Shown piece by piece: positions 1 through 13,362 of a DNA stretch of 64,000 nt. Position 1 is the stretch's first letter, and every line of letters begins with the position of its first letter. A program made the position numbers and the translations under genes. Source of the stretch: Phoronis australis (taxonomy: Eukaryota; Animalia; Phoronida); the NCBI GenBank assembly GCA_002633005.1, contig NMRA01000150.1, forward strand, positions 136,246-200,245. The letters run 5' to 3'. Under the pieces are notes generated by a model, which searched no databases, was not told the origin of the DNA, and was given only the letters and a program-made list of their open reading frames with translations.

Positions 1-881
1 GTTGCCTTTGCCTTTAACCACCTTGCAAATGGTCACTTGACTTAAAAGAAGTGTGCTACCAAGTCACACTTCTTTTTAATTCTTAATATCAGCTTGTAGT
101 TTCCCGAACTCCTAAATTTGGAAGGCATTTTGGCTCTCTGTTGGTCTTGGGTATGATTTTTGAAAGCAAATATCAGTAGATTTTGGACCCCTTTGGGATT
201 GCTTTGGAGTGTTGTCATCCAGGTCTCAAGAAGTGCCACTCTAGACCTTGTGGTAATCTTCTGGCAAGCCTACTTTTTCTCCTGTAAGTTGAATGTCAAT
301 TGAAAAATGCCAGTTGTCTAGTGACATTAGATGTCATATGTTTAGGACCAAGGATTTCATTCAAGTAGTTCTGCTGGAAGCAGTGATGGATTTTACTGAG
401 GCATAGCATCAGTATTCACTGGTTGAGTGATTTCATTGTCAACTTCTACTTGTACACTTTTTGCGTATTTGGTATGTTTTTGACGTCATAGTGCTACACT
501 GTAGTGCTGTATTGCTCTGTCTTTTGCATACTTTGCTGTTATGTTGACAAGCTATTCCCCATCATTATTACTGGTAAAACTGAATAGGGACATTCGTCGT
601 AGAGCAGTCGTCGTCAGCGATCTGCTCGAAAGAGCAACTGTCCTATTAAAAATTGCAATGTAGGGCATAGTCAGCTTAGAATTTTTTTTGGATCTGGTAA
701 ATATGAAAATCCCTTGGAATGGCAATAAAATGCAACTTTTGTGATGGCTGATATGTGTTTTACTTGATAGTTTTTACAAATATTAGTATGGTAAGAATAA
801 AAAGTTTGGCAGGAATACGATACTTTCTTAAACGCTATTTTCCAGGGAGAAACCTATTTGCAAGAACATCAAGGCTGTTAA

Positions 882-2460
882 AGGAGAATGCCACCCAAAA
901 AAACAACCTATATTGTATCAAATTAGATCGAATAGTTCCACCGGATAACAGCAAGTTCAGTTGTTTTACCTGACTCCTAACGGCAGACGGAGGTGGCCAA
1001 ATTAACCAATGACGTAACCAGTTTAAACGCAGTCTGTTCAGCGGTTCACAACACGCTTACTGGTGTCAACTTATCGCTTGAATTCATCGTTTTACACCAA
1101 TAAATCGTCAAAATTTGATGTGAACACCTTGCAAATATATCGAGCTCTAAATAAACGTGTTGTTTCATTTCACTGTTACGGATTTATAGGTATTTGAACA
1201 TACCGTAGCCTACAGAGTTCGGTAGGCCAATTTACCGTTGTCGATCATGGAAGTTTGGGTCTGTTTGGTGATAATTTGAATCATTCTTCCGTGAAATACA
1301 GATGAGGGAACATAGCTGTGTGTTGTACATTTAGACTTTTTTGCGATTTTTTTTCAGTTCTAAACACAAAACGCTTGTTACTCACCACCAGTTGCTCGGA
1401 ACCCGATTAGGCCCATCGCGGCCGCCGGGACTGGACATCATGATCATAAACCAACTAAAGTTGGAAACTAAACCACCAGTCACGAAAAGACTATAATAGT
1501 GAGCCAAAGAAATAATGTTCACGTAATTATTTAGGTGAATTAGCCACGAAACTGAAAATCTACTTACTTGTCGGTTCCCCTCCCTCAGAACCGTCAGGGT
1601 AAAGGTTGTACAGTAACAATAATTTGAATAATGTATTTGTATATCTAAATAAAGATTCCCCTAACATGTGACCATAGGATATAAAATCGAGTTATTGTTT
1701 CACAACAGCTTTCTGTCAGCAAACACTGAATTAGCATGGGCTCACACGGCCTCGGTGCCCGGTCAATTACCTTTATTGCATCTAAAGGTGGTAACGCATT
1801 GGTTTAGCCATTGCGAGCTTATCAAAATATTTACACTCACGAATACTCTTAAAGGCATTACAAATTGTTTCTAATGAGACGGACTTTGTTTCAGTTTTAT
1901 GTAAGCATTGGTTGGGGTGAGAATAATTCATTTTGAAACGAAACGCAGAAAAATAAACGTCTACATGGCAACTCGCCCGGCGCCAGTCCCGACTTAGTTG
2001 AGAGCTCATCCGATGAAGACTTCACGGGTCGGATCGTGAGGTTTCGCAGGCTATCAGTTTGATCCAGAATACACTGATGAAGAAATACTAGAGAGGCACC
2101 GTGAACATGCACAGGCAATAACGTTCTTCGGTAAGCCGGAATTCGTCAGGGATCTCACTGTCGACGAAATGCCAGCCACAGACACGGAGATGTTTCACGG
2201 CCTCCTACTTGCTATTAACGGCATACTTTTCATTCTTTACTACCTCGAGCTACTTACTAAGCCTTTCGGACTCTCGAGGAAGTCGAATAATTGATATACC
2301 CGCTTTCTCGCTTCATAGTTCGGACAAGCGGGAACGATGCATCGTAATATAGATGTGTTCACTCTGCAGATGAACCACTGACATCGCTGCGTCGTTTCTC
2401 ACCTTCCTCACAGGTTAGCGCGACACCTCTCGTTTCAGACGATGTGGATATAGACCGATT
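882..2460. mobile_element. Kolobok-like DNA transposon relic (right end not resolved)
   Basis: Starts TTAA|AGGAGAATGCCACC (TTAA target, AGG terminus). Holds a decayed KolX-like motif GYQFDPEYTDEEILER (+, 2049-2096) and a decayed THAP domain on the opposite strand. Confidence 0.65.
2150..2348 (-). pseudogene. Decayed THAP zinc-finger domain (transposase N-terminus)
   Basis: Hand translation with one frameshift and two TAG stops at expected Trp positions: RCIVPACPNY..GISIIRLPRESERLSK*LEVV..K*EAVKHLRVCGWHFVD, matching the THAP C2CH pattern. Confidence 0.7.
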
Positions 2461-3042
2461 AAGATGGTAAAAAAGACTAATTAAATCGGATGACATTCTC
2501 CTTTTTTGCCTTGCTTCCTTCTGAAATTCTCTCTCTTGGCTAGAAATTTATCCTTGAATAATTGAAAATTCCATTCATTTTTAACTGGCTCATTTTCTGT
2601 GCCTCTGAGAGATCTATTTGCAAAAGTTTGATTGATGCCTTCATCTAAAATAAATGTTGTTAAAACTAGTATACTCTTCCTCAAGTTATCTAACTGTTGC
2701 ATGAAACAATGCTGTGTGGCAATTAAATTTGCAGCGTGATTGTATGCATCCACGTTGAAAGCCATCTGTTTTCTAATTTTTGCTTCCATCGATTCTTCAC
2801 TATTTTTTCACAAGTTTGCTCACAGAAGTCATCACACTTGTTTAGTCGCCTTCAGTATTTTATTACAAGCGCACTGAAATTCTGAGCAAATGTTGCTTTG
2901 GCGAGATTGTCACCATCTCTAGAATTATGTCACTCCACAGCACTGAAAGATAACACAAAAGACATGTGCATGTGTCACAAGTGGTTTGTTTTGAAATCGG
3001 CCACTGCCTTTCTTTTTTTCAAAAACAGGAGTGAAGCAAGTA

Positions 3043-6000
3043 CCGTATTCGCCCTTATATCTGCCCATGCCCCTATAAGCGCCCCCCCCACGCGTTTTCC
3101 GACTTTGCTAAAATAAGCGCCCAGTCCGTGAACGTGTAGGTGCAAAAAATGCCTTACCTACAGTCCTAAAATTCTACAGTAACGTCTTCAAATTATCAAT
3201 AATATCTGACAGTCCTGAAAAAATCATTGTGCACAGAATTTATGGACCACGAGCCTCGCCGATATGTCGGTATTTAGCTGTGACTATGCACTCAAAACGA
3301 ACACAAAAGTTTGCTGATCTTGCGAGGAATGTGTCCCACGATGGTCTGACCTTTCAGAGCAGACGTTGGTGTCAGCGGGATTGTATTGTAGATATTCCCC
3401 CCCCTCAACAGAAATCCAAATTTCTTTGAACACGTGAAAATCGCGAATCAAAGACTAACAAAAAAAAAAACATTGGCCATTGTTAAAACCACCTGGCAGG
3501 AAGCGAGCGCTACATACATGTACCTGTCATCAAAGACATTAATCCGGAACTATCCATTTATGAAATGGGTGTAGCATAGCATCGGCATGAAATGAATATT
3601 GGCACTAATTTCCGACAGTTTCTCATACTATATAAGATGTTTGCATTATTTTTAACAGGGCAAGGCTTGGAATTTTCCGCGGAAACGCGGATTTCCGCTT
3701 TTTTCTTTTAGCCCCTCCGCGTATTTTCGTTATACTTCTGCGGAAAAATCAGATTTGTCATAAAACTATCGCGGCAAATTGGTTTCTCACCGCGGCATTG
3801 CCCCGCGACGGCTCGAAAAGCGGAAACTGCTCTTTATGTTTCGGAGGAACGAAAATTGTAATTGCGGATCACAGGCGCTTGAATTTCTCGATGACTCGTA
3901 ACCATATACAAGAAACATGCTTTTTTAGTAGTGAGTGACATCAGAGGCTATCGAGGAACAGGTAAATTCAAGCACCTGTGCCTGGGATGAGCGTGGTTCA
4001 TCAATGGCGTCTGCATTTGGTATAAAATTGCGGCGACAAATAGTGCGATTCTGCTGTCAAAAATGCGTGGAACGTGGAGTAGTCAGAGTATTTCGTGGAA
4101 AAGTGGATAAAAGAAACGGTCAATGTCTTCTAAAACAACATAAGTCAAGGTTTGTGCTCTGTAAATTTTGAGAGAGGAACAATTACGGAGTGCGTGGGCG
4201 AGTCGCCTCGGACTAAGTTGGAAGTCGGAGGATCGACTGAAAACGATGAAACACCAGAAATAACAACGCTCCCTGAAAGAAATTCAACCGTAACCGGTTA
4301 TTCGCTGGATTGAAATCGTGGGATGTGAGTGATGTATGAAATTCTTTTGTTTGATCCCACATGCACGCCCGTTACCGTTGGCTGCTTAGCTCTAAGTAAG
4401 GCCTGACCGTTTTGAGTGCAATTTTCTACGTGCCGCCGAAACGGGATACAAAGGGCTATTTTCGTTACTGCAAATGCGTTTTAAATTGCCTTTTATGTAT
4501 TTCAATTTATCTTGACATTTTTCGTGTTCTATTTTGTGATGCGAGTTTTGCAATTTTAGAGAAGTGATCACGTGACAGATTCTGAATGATCTGATTGGTC
4601 TAAGCCATTGTTTACAAATTCTGCCTGACTATTTTCAGTATCCTGATAGAACTTTACTTCTTATGTCGCATAGTTTTTTCTACACCAGCCTGACTTATAA
4701 ACAATTAACTCCTGTAATTACTGTTTGAAACTGAAAAGTTTGGCCAACTTAGGATTGTGATTGATGCATTCTATGAAGTATGTTGTTTTTTACTTTAATT
4801 TTTCCATGCTAACAGTTGGGGGTATGAGCCACAGGTTTTCGTCTTGACTTTTTTCCATTTGCATTGGAATTAAAATTTTTGTTGGAATTAAATGTGTATG
4901 TATTTTAGGCTTTCTAGGTAATCTATGCATCAATTTTCAATTTTTTTTTGTATTTCTGTATCGTAATCATAAGAATTGAAAATAATTTTAAAGGTCTCCC
5001 TCAGTGCAGCAAATCAAGAATAGGTTTCTGCCACTCAGACTGCAAATTTTTCATCATTATCGCTATTTTAATTTTAAAAAATATTTTTTGTTGCATGTAA
5101 ATGCCTTCATTGTTGTTGCTGAAATAGATATTAGGTACTGCTTAAGATGAGTGCGTTTTGCCGACATGACACAGTAACTTTCGTTCTGTTGAGGTATGGT
5201 TTAGATTGAAATGTGTATTTAGGACCGTAAAAATTTCTTCTTTTTTGTCATGGGTCATTCCAAGCCCTGACGGGTTGTTTGATTAATCATAATTGGTGTT
5301 TTTAAGCCAAATATCCAATAAAATAACAACTGACAGTGAATGCTTACACACCCTTTAACCAAAAAATAATTGTCAGATAGTCACGTACACATCCAGCCAC
5401 ACGGTGACTAATCTGGGCCTTACTGAGACAAATAATGTCGGAACGTTTTTAGCACGAGACCGGCAAGTACTTAATGAAACACATTCTGCTTTAGGCTTGT
5501 GCTAATTTCTTTAGATACAGTGCACATCTAGATTGCGTTTACTCTGGCAAATGATCTCTGGTGACACGCACGCGCTCTCTTACTCACACACGCAAACGAA
5601 ATTCAAAACATATATCATGTGACAACAACTTATGTGTTCGTCCAGAGATTTTTCTCATGTTGCCGATCCTCCATGACACAATGTAGCACAGATTTGTACT
5701 TAACCTGCCGTTAATCCCTACTCTACAGGAACTTAAAAATCTTAGGGACGCTATTTGGAAAACTTAAGGAGAATTTCAGGTAATTTGCTTGAGTCGAAAC
5801 CGTATTTTTATTCAAGCGTTAAAGTCGCCTTATCAACGATTGCGAGGCAGTCAGTTGGCGAGTTTTCGCACTGGGATTTCAGCACAAATTTCTGTAAAGT
5901 GATCGTAATATAACAGCAAAGTTTGATAGCAATGCACCACAATTTTGTAGAGAGTCTGTCATAGGTTACAGATATGTCACAGAGCGTAAATATGATGAAT

Positions 6001-6117
6001 CTTATCTTCCGATTTCACCCGTTTTGGAAACCTGGTTTCAGCTGCCTTGGGTTACAATAAGTGCCCCCCTTGAAACGACTTTCTAAGCACCCTGGGCGGT
6101 TATTGGGGCAAATACGG
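3043..6117. mobile_element. pogo/Tc1-mariner-like non-autonomous element containing a nested hAT-like MITE
   Basis: TA flanks both ends. TIRs CCGTATTCGCCCTTATATCTGCCCA and reverse complement CCGTATTTGCCCCAATAACCGCCCA. Confidence 0.75.
3661..5269 (+). mobile_element. hAT-like MITE, family A (CAGGGCTTGGAAT termini), copy 1
   Basis: Ends CAAGGCTTGGAATTTTCCGCGGAAACGCGG ... GTCATTCCAAGCCCTG are shared with copies at 17341 and 38798. TSD imperfect (ACAGGG/ACGGGT). Confidence 0.75.
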
Positions 6118-6459
6118 TAAATGACATTCATTAGATTGTATTTTTTAATGACTGAATCATTTGAATGTTGGGTGTTAAAAAATTTTCATTTTGTTCTTGC
6201 GTGATGCAATTTGATTTAATCTTCACTGTGAGAAAACCACAGAGATATGGCAAACTGAAAAGGCGAGTTTCGCTTATTTTGCCATTTTTTTACCCACATC
6301 AGTTCTTAACTGTGTCTTGACATTCAATCATACTGTCAGCTAGCTGGCTAGTTGAGTGAGGTGCAAAGTTGCAAAAAATAGTGTTCAATGGAAAGTTTGT
6401 TGTTGCACATCACTAGATACTATGCCTGAGAGTGACTGGTCAATTCTGTGCTTGTATAG

Positions 6460-6572
6460 GTCACCCATCCTGCCTCAAGTTCTCACCAGAGTTGACTGAG
6501 GTGGTCAAGACTCTACGCTGGCAGTGTATCGAGTGTAAGAGGTGTTCCTTTTGCCTGAAATCTGGCAAAGAG
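6460..6572 (+). CDS. KAT6: KAT6 (MOZ/MORF-like) histone acetyltransferase, exon encoding end of PHD1 and start of PHD2
   Basis: ag|..|gtgagt. GHPSCLKFSPELTEVVKTLRWQCIECKRCSFCLKSGKE closely matches the KAT6A/B double PHD finger. Upstream exons lie outside the window. Confidence 0.95.
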
Positions 6573-6797
6573 GTGAGTAGGTCTGCATTGTTGCACATAT
6601 GCAAATTGCATCATACATTCATCATGTTAGCAATTAGTATTGTTCGGTAGTAGGCCTTTATTAACACAAACTTTGTTGAAAACACAACTAAACTAAACTT
6701 TTTGCTTGAAAGCATTGACTGTCTGGTTGCCTTTGTTATGGTCATTTGGATAGATTGTTGGTTTGCTTATTGTGCACATACCAAATGATTGTTACAG

Positions 6798-6879
6798 GAC
6801 AACATGCTTTTCTGTGATTCATGTGACCGAGGGTTTCATATGCAATGCTGTATACCACCCCTGTCCAAGGCTCCTAAAG
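6798..6879 (+). CDS. KAT6: KAT6 exon, PHD2
   Basis: cag|..|gtttgt. [28 protein letters not shown]. Confidence 0.95.
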
Positions 6880-7503
6880 GTTTGTTTTTTGCTCTAATGG
6901 TCATTCACATTAACTATTTATTTGAGCACCTGGAAATTGTCAATTGTCCACTTCTATTTCTGCATCAGATGCTGTAATGTGTTATTTGCACAATGACCTG
7001 GTTAAAAATGGATTTGCTCTCTAATCTCTTGTGATGTGGCTGGTGTTGAAATCTTGACTGTTTAAGTTTTAGTTAATCTTGTACTCATTGCTTTTTGTGA
7101 AGTGAAGTGATGTGAATACAGAGGTCAATTATTTCCTAGTCTGCTCGTGTTCAGTGTTCTCCACAATAGAAAGTTCAAACTCCACGAGGCTTACAAAATT
7201 CATACAAATGTTGAAAGTATGTGTCTACTCAATGTATGTTAAGACTGTGACTAAATGCATTGAACTGGTTCCAATAGTCCACTATGTCTTAATTTGCTTA
7301 ACAAATATCCGATTTCCCTGAAATTAAAACTGGTTGTATAGGTTTTAAGACTCAACTCCAATAATCTAAACTCCTCAATACGGAATTCAGTCGCATTCCT
7401 GCGACTAGTCCAAACAGGTTTTGTTGCATCAAATAAATGCATATCTGCATTTAAGCCTGGGATGTCTGTAAGTGGAAGCCTAAGATATAGTTTATATTAA
7501 CAG

Positions 7504-7633
7504 GAAAGTGGGATTGCAATATCTGTGACCAGACACGAGGTGGCAAGAGAGCCAAGCGATGGCTTGAAGAGCTGAAGGAACGACGGCTAGTGCAAAGGGC
7601 AAAGGTCAAGTCTCAAATGAAGGAGAAAGAGAA
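7504..7633 (+). CDS. KAT6: KAT6 exon, end of PHD2 plus basic segment
   Basis: cag|..|gtaagt. (G)KWDCNICDQTRGGKRAKRWLEELKERR...; phases fit neighbouring exons. Confidence 0.92.
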
Positions 7634-7753
7634 GTAAGTGGACCATCAGTAACTGTGAAATCACCAGTTTTGTTGCAGTGGATTTCTGTAAACTTGGTCT
7701 CTCACTTGAGTACTTGCTAATGAATGCATGTTGGGCAGGTTCCACACCATTTA

Positions 7754-8984
7754 CCGTACTCATCCATGTTACCGCCCAGGGCGCTTAAATTGAGAATCTA
7801 AAAAAATGGGGTGGGCAGTAAGCTGAGCATGGGCGGTTAAAATTGAAATTTTTGAAAAGTCTGGAGATGTTTACTACATGGAGGACTGATTTTACTGTCA
7901 CGGAGCTACACTGACGTCGGACTTCAAGCATATCAGTTAAAATATAGGTTGGGGGATTGAAGTAACGGACTTCAACGGCCTGCGCACACGATACAGTGGC
8001 GTCGTGATTCTGAGCGATTGGTTTTTACGTACAGGCAGATCAAACAAGACTTGGCTAGTTCGCGGTGTATTTTTAAAGGAAGCACTTGATTATGTAAAGA
8101 TTTGATTTCTGCTGGACACTTATGCAACTAAGCACGTGCTAGTTAGGCAACCAAACACATGCTAATGATTGACAGGTCTTCTTATTGAATACTTTGAACA
8201 GTTACATTGTATATTTCTTTTTGAGTTCAAATCCAACACCACTGTTTTTCAAAGCACGTTCTCAATAGTCTGACCATTCTACTATTAGGCAATGGGGGTA
8301 TTTGGTCAGCTGTCAAAATAATGAAGCAAAAACACATCTTGTAAAAGTCATCAGGCAAATCAAAAGTTCAAAAAAATTAGTTTTTGACCATGTGGAACGT
8401 GGACAGAATGTTCGACTTGCGCTAATGACAAGTTGATTTTTTGGGCTCTTGCTTTGGTTGGGCGCTTCCGTTATGTCAAGAATGAAAGTCATTAAATACA
8501 TGCGTTTAACCAAGACTGGAAGAACGACACGAGTTGGCTTGTCACAATGCTCAGGCTGGTTATATGTTTCGTGTACTGTCACGGGGAATCACAGAAAGGT
8601 TGGCCACGGGCATGATATCCCTGTCAAGTACTGCTTTGATGGTTCTTCTACAGCAAATGAAATACATTCGACAAGCGCTGTCTCAGTGATCAGTACATGC
8701 TGACACAAGTTCTGCGCGTGAGCCAAATTAAACAATTGTGTCTTCTTCAGTAAAGGGCATGAGAATTCGGGTATTTTACCGCCATAGTAAGGCAAGGTCC
8801 CGGTTCCGCTAAAACTGATCGATTGGCACAGAAAGGTAAGCGGGTTGCGCACGTTTTGGAATCTTTATTTTATTTTGTGCGGCGAATGTTCACAGAAACA
8901 CAGATACTTTTAAGGAAGTATCGATCATAAAAAATTGGGGATGGGCGGTAAGCCGAGCATGGGCCGTAACCTGGATGAGTATGG
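7754..8984. mobile_element. pogo/mariner-like MITE
   Basis: TA flanks. TIRs CCGTACTCATCCATGTTACCGCCCA and reverse complement CCATACTCATCCAGGTTACGGCCCA. Confidence 0.75.
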
Positions 8985-9100
8985 TAAGTGATATTGATTG
9001 CAGGCTGACAAGCGTTCCTACGTTTTTGGCGTGTTCCTACTTTTCCTTCAACACAACAAATACAACACAAAAAATCCATGTGTTATTAATAAGACACTTA

Positions 9101-9912
9101 GGGCTGATCCAGCAAAATCTGTATGGGAGGGGGGGAAGGCACTTTTATTTCGTACCCACCGCCCATATTTTTCATTTATTTCTCCAACCCATGACCCATA
9201 ATTTTTTAAATTATTTTTAATAGGTTAAAATGTAAAATCCATCACTTGCAAACAAATTGCCTCCAGGAGGACCTGTTGATTGACAGACAAGAACTAGTTG
9301 TCTTGTCCAATATTGTCAAAAACTAAAGTAGCCTGTGAGCAATACTTTTGGCAGCCACCAGGTGTCTCTGTTCACCATGTGTCCGTAATTTCAATGAACA
9401 TTTTTTCAATTATAAGGATCTATGAATCTCAAATTGTCTCCACGAACTCTTTTATACTTCTATGTCAAGTGAATATTGGAACTTGTTTATCTTACTCCTC
9501 ATACTTTCTATTTAAAAATCATCAATTTTCTTATATGTGTTAACACCAGTTTAGTGTTGCATAAGTTTTCAATTCAATAGGACTGCAGACAAACAGTTGG
9601 CTCAAATCAAGTTGCCCATGACTTGATTAATGACTTAGTGAACGTATTGCACTCTGTTCACTGGCAATATGTGCTTTTTAGTATTGGGATAAGTTAGGAT
9701 ATATGCCAGTTGCATTTTTTTTTAGTTTTGATGCTGAAGTAACCAACCTGTCAACATTAACAGGCCAAAAAATGATACCCATTTTTAATGCTTCACTTCT
9801 TACAGGAACGATCACCCATAATTTGATTTTTTTTCTGAATACCACCACCCATGAATTTTTATTTCTACTGCCGTCCCCCCCCCCTTCCACACGGATTTTA
9901 CTGGAACAGCCC
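9101..9912. mobile_element. PIF/Harbinger-like MITE nested in family B copy 1
   Basis: TIRs GGGCTGATCCAGCAAAATC and reverse complement GGGCTGTTCCAGTAAAATC; TTA TSD; the corresponding empty site is visible at about 19190-19205. Confidence 0.8.
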
Positions 9913-10439
9913 TTATTAATTAATGACCAATAAAGCATTTATTTAAAGATGTATTTGCATGTGCTGAAGTATGCTAATGTATAGCAGGAACAAAACGACA
10001 ATGTTATGTGAACATCATCTACGCTTAACAAAGTGGAGTTGTATTCATTGACAACTTGTAAAATGACCTTTGGCTAATGACATAGCATGGAGGCTCACAT
10101 AGCCTGCATCATGCACTGTTAGTCCCCTACACTACGTCACGATACTTAATTACTGGAAATGGTGGACTGATTTACGAAGGATCATTTTAGTTACAAACAT
10201 ATTCTTAAAAACAATTTCCAAGGTACTTCATATTCGCATGGTCGCTATATGTTGTGTTTCTAATTAATTTGATCACACAATCACAGAGATAAGGAATTTG
10301 CGTGACAGTTCCACTTTTATGAACAACGAAAGTTCTTTTCCCAAAAGATAGTTTAGCAACCTTCGATACCATATCCACAACTTAGGACATTTAGAACTAG
10401 GGCTTTTGGACCCCGAGGGACAAAAATACCCTGTTGTAG

Positions 10440-11490
10440 GAGGGAAACTTGTTATAGAAGGATCTGAACAGAAAAGCGACTCAAGCTTCAAGAAACTACT
10501 CAAGGTGTATTTGTTAAAACAAGGGCTACTTGCCTTTCTCAGTGAGTATTGGTCAAGCAACTTCTACTGTCCACTTGTGTATGTAAGGAAAGTGTATTTG
10601 GGGGTGATGTGAGAGTGCACTTGGTACTTTGTTAGAGATGGAGAAGTATGCAGAGTCAGTTCTAGCTCTCAATTGTAATCGCTCGGAAGCTGACACCAGA
10701 GTCATCATTCACATGATTGAGGTAGACAAGTCCTCACCTGGTAACATCATCATAAGAGCTTCTAATGCCTACATTCTAGTGTTGCTCCTACATCATGTCC
10801 ATTGAGTTACACCAATGATGTGGATAGAGGCTGGGACTAGAGGACAAGGCGATCTGCGTTATTTAAACGTAACTAAGGTTGCTACTATGATAGACCAAGC
10901 TATTTGCAATCCTAGGCTTACACGTGTTCACTGGATGCCTGAGCATTTTGTAAGGATCATGTGTTGTCGTGGTGAAAAGTGATCAGTTCCAGTCAGCATT
11001 TACTTCATTGAGCTGCGATATCGCTGCAGAAGAAGTCATCAAAATCTTGCAGTACTCAACACGAACCAGTTCAATGTGGTCGACAAAACCTACAAATAAA
11101 AGTCAACGCTAAGCACCCAGTTGAGAAGCCTAAAAGCTTTGAGGGCAGCAGTATTCCACCGTGTGAAGCTGAACTAGTTCTTCACATGGATAGAGGTGCA
11201 TTTACTGGTAAACTATGTGGTTGCGCTCATCTCCAAGTATTGGACAAAACACCCACCAATGGATGGAAAAATGTTGACGAATTTCACATCATTTAGTTCA
11301 ATGGAGAGCAGATGCTCCTTTGAGCTCATTCCAAAGCCAGATGACAGTGGTGGCGATACTCAGAGATGATGGTATGGAGAGTGATGTAGACAAAGATGAT
11401 GATCCTATACCAAGAGAAATGGAATCATCTGATGAAGAGGGTGGTGATGATCACGACTTTGATGTTTGTTGTCAAGTTACAACAGAGTGA
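10440..11490 (+). pseudogene. Decayed XPG/FEN1-like nuclease region of an Academ-type (AcademX-like) transposon protein
   Basis: Hand translation with stops and frameshifts: CNRSEADTRVIIH..NIIIRAS..ILVLLLHH..LRYLNV..LGLHVFTGC..IPPCEAELVLHMDR..PTNGW, then an acidic tail. Family assignment is from motif recall. Confidence 0.6.
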
Positions 11491-12960
11491 ATAATTATCA
11501 TTGCATTTTGGATTTTGGTTTTATAGTATGAAACAATAGACTATGCCATGCATCACAATCCCATGTACTTTCATTTCTTGCCACTAGATATGCTTCAAGT
11601 TTTAATTTGTAGCCAGCTTATATAGTTACCCAAGATGTATCTTACCTTAATTTTTGTTTCATTTTTGTTGTTTTTGATAGTAAATTGGTCATGTCTTCAG
11701 ATGTGTTTTTTATTTGAAATAACATGATTTAGCCCTAATAGTCAAAATTGTCATATTTTCTCTTTTATGCAAATTTGTTTTTGGGGGTGTTGTTATCCCT
11801 TGTGGTCCAGACACCCCTGTATTTGCTAACTCCAGGAAAAATCCAGTCTTAATTTGTGGATGTGGTGTCCAGAGTTAGTTACTAAACTATCTTTTAGAAA
11901 AATAAATGTTAATTGGCCTTTAGTTAATAAGTGTATTAATCAGTAATACAAGAATTTTTCACGTTATAAGTTGTATTTATGCATCATTCGAAATAATGTT
12001 TTATCCATAATAATAATCAAAAATTTTGTGTTTACTCTTTTATTATTTTGGATCTATCCTCTGGGGTCCAAACACCCCCGTCTTATCTCCATACCCCAGG
12101 AAAAATGTCATCTTACGTTTTGGATATGGTGTCCATCTTTTGGAAAATTTTTCTTGATGCACTTAAAAGTTTAAATAAATAGTTAATTGGTTGTTATTAT
12201 TTGTAGACGCCTTAATTAATAACCCCAGGAATTTTCACGTCTTAACTTCTACCATTTTAATTTGGGTTTTGATTTGAATGACATAAACTTGAAACGGATG
12301 TTGCACTCAAAATTTTGGAACCCCCAGGGACCTAAGTCCAGGATTGTGCATCTTTAGATGCCCCTTTCCTTCTATGGTAGGTGATGTACAATACAATTAT
12401 GCAGTCAAACCTTTTGCACTCAAAAGTGTGAATAATTCCTGCTGATTATCCAACTAATGGCAAGTACTACCTGTGACATGAGGTGAACATCGTTGGTAAA
12501 TATCAATGAAAACTAACTTCTGAACACCTGCTCTTGTTCCTACTTTTTCCTACTTTGCACTTCATAGTTCCTATTTTTTGAAATTGTGTCATACTTTTTC
12601 CTTCTTTTTTGCCTAAAACTGCTTGAAAGCCTGTAATTGTAATTATTCGTTTATCTTTTTGAGTGGTAGTATTCAGATAATTTTCAATGCCAATCTGTAG
12701 TCAACCCCAATATTTTTGAATTCTTAATGATCCCAGTGTTGACCAACCAAAGCTTTTTTGATTAGAAGAGGTGGATTTCACAATGATCTTGTGTCCAATA
12801 CCGTAGTTAGGATTTCACAATGGTCTTGTGTCCAATAGTTCACTATATTATAGCTTCTGGTTTTTACTCATCTACTAAATACAGTTCACTAATTTAAGTA
12901 ACTCCTTGTTTTTGATTTTATCAGTGAATATTTGTGCTGAAAATATTTATTTGTTTTCAG

Positions 12961-13023
12961 GTGTTCCACTCCTGGTTGTGATGGCTCGGGTAATGTCAAT
13001 GACAAGTTATCGCATCACAGAAG
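12961..13023 (+). CDS. KAT6: KAT6 63-bp exon encoding most of a CCHHC-type zinc finger
   Basis: ttttcag|..|gtatga; phase 2 at both ends; (K)CSTPGCDGSGNVNDKLSHHR(R). Confidence 0.85.
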
Positions 13024-13362
13024 GTATGATTTCTAGGATATGGAAGTATGCCTTGCCATCAGTCTGGCATGATAATTTCTTTATGCATATGTTACCTGTT
13101 GAAATATTCCAATAGGTGAGATCTGATATATATGTCATGGGACTCGTATCGTAAGCATTTATCATTACTTGAAAGAGGCCTATACCAATTATGACTTCAG
13201 AATAAACCATTAGTTTTTTTTACATGGAGATTGTTTATTCTCTTCTGTGCCATGCAAGTTATATAAATGTAATAAAATAAGTGACTGATATGGAACATGC
13301 TACTTCAGGAAACTAAGCTCACTTGTTGAAGGTCATTCATAACAACCCAATGTGTGTTTCAG

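Larger units (their letters stand above)
9001..12633 (+). mobile_element. Composite hAT-like element, family B, copy 1, carrying an Academ-like relic
   Basis: Termini CAGGCTGACAAGCG ... GCTTGAAAGCCTG; near-TSD TGATTG/TAATTG; extensive homology to 18418-21035. Confidence 0.75.

Noticed and set aside
587-660. Possible additional KAT6 exon
   Set aside because: No frame resembles the expected PHD1 N-terminal half (C..C..EELISCADCG).
2481-2789. 102-aa minus-strand ORF
   Set aside because: No recognisable domain or splice context; possibly a transposon relic but unsupported.
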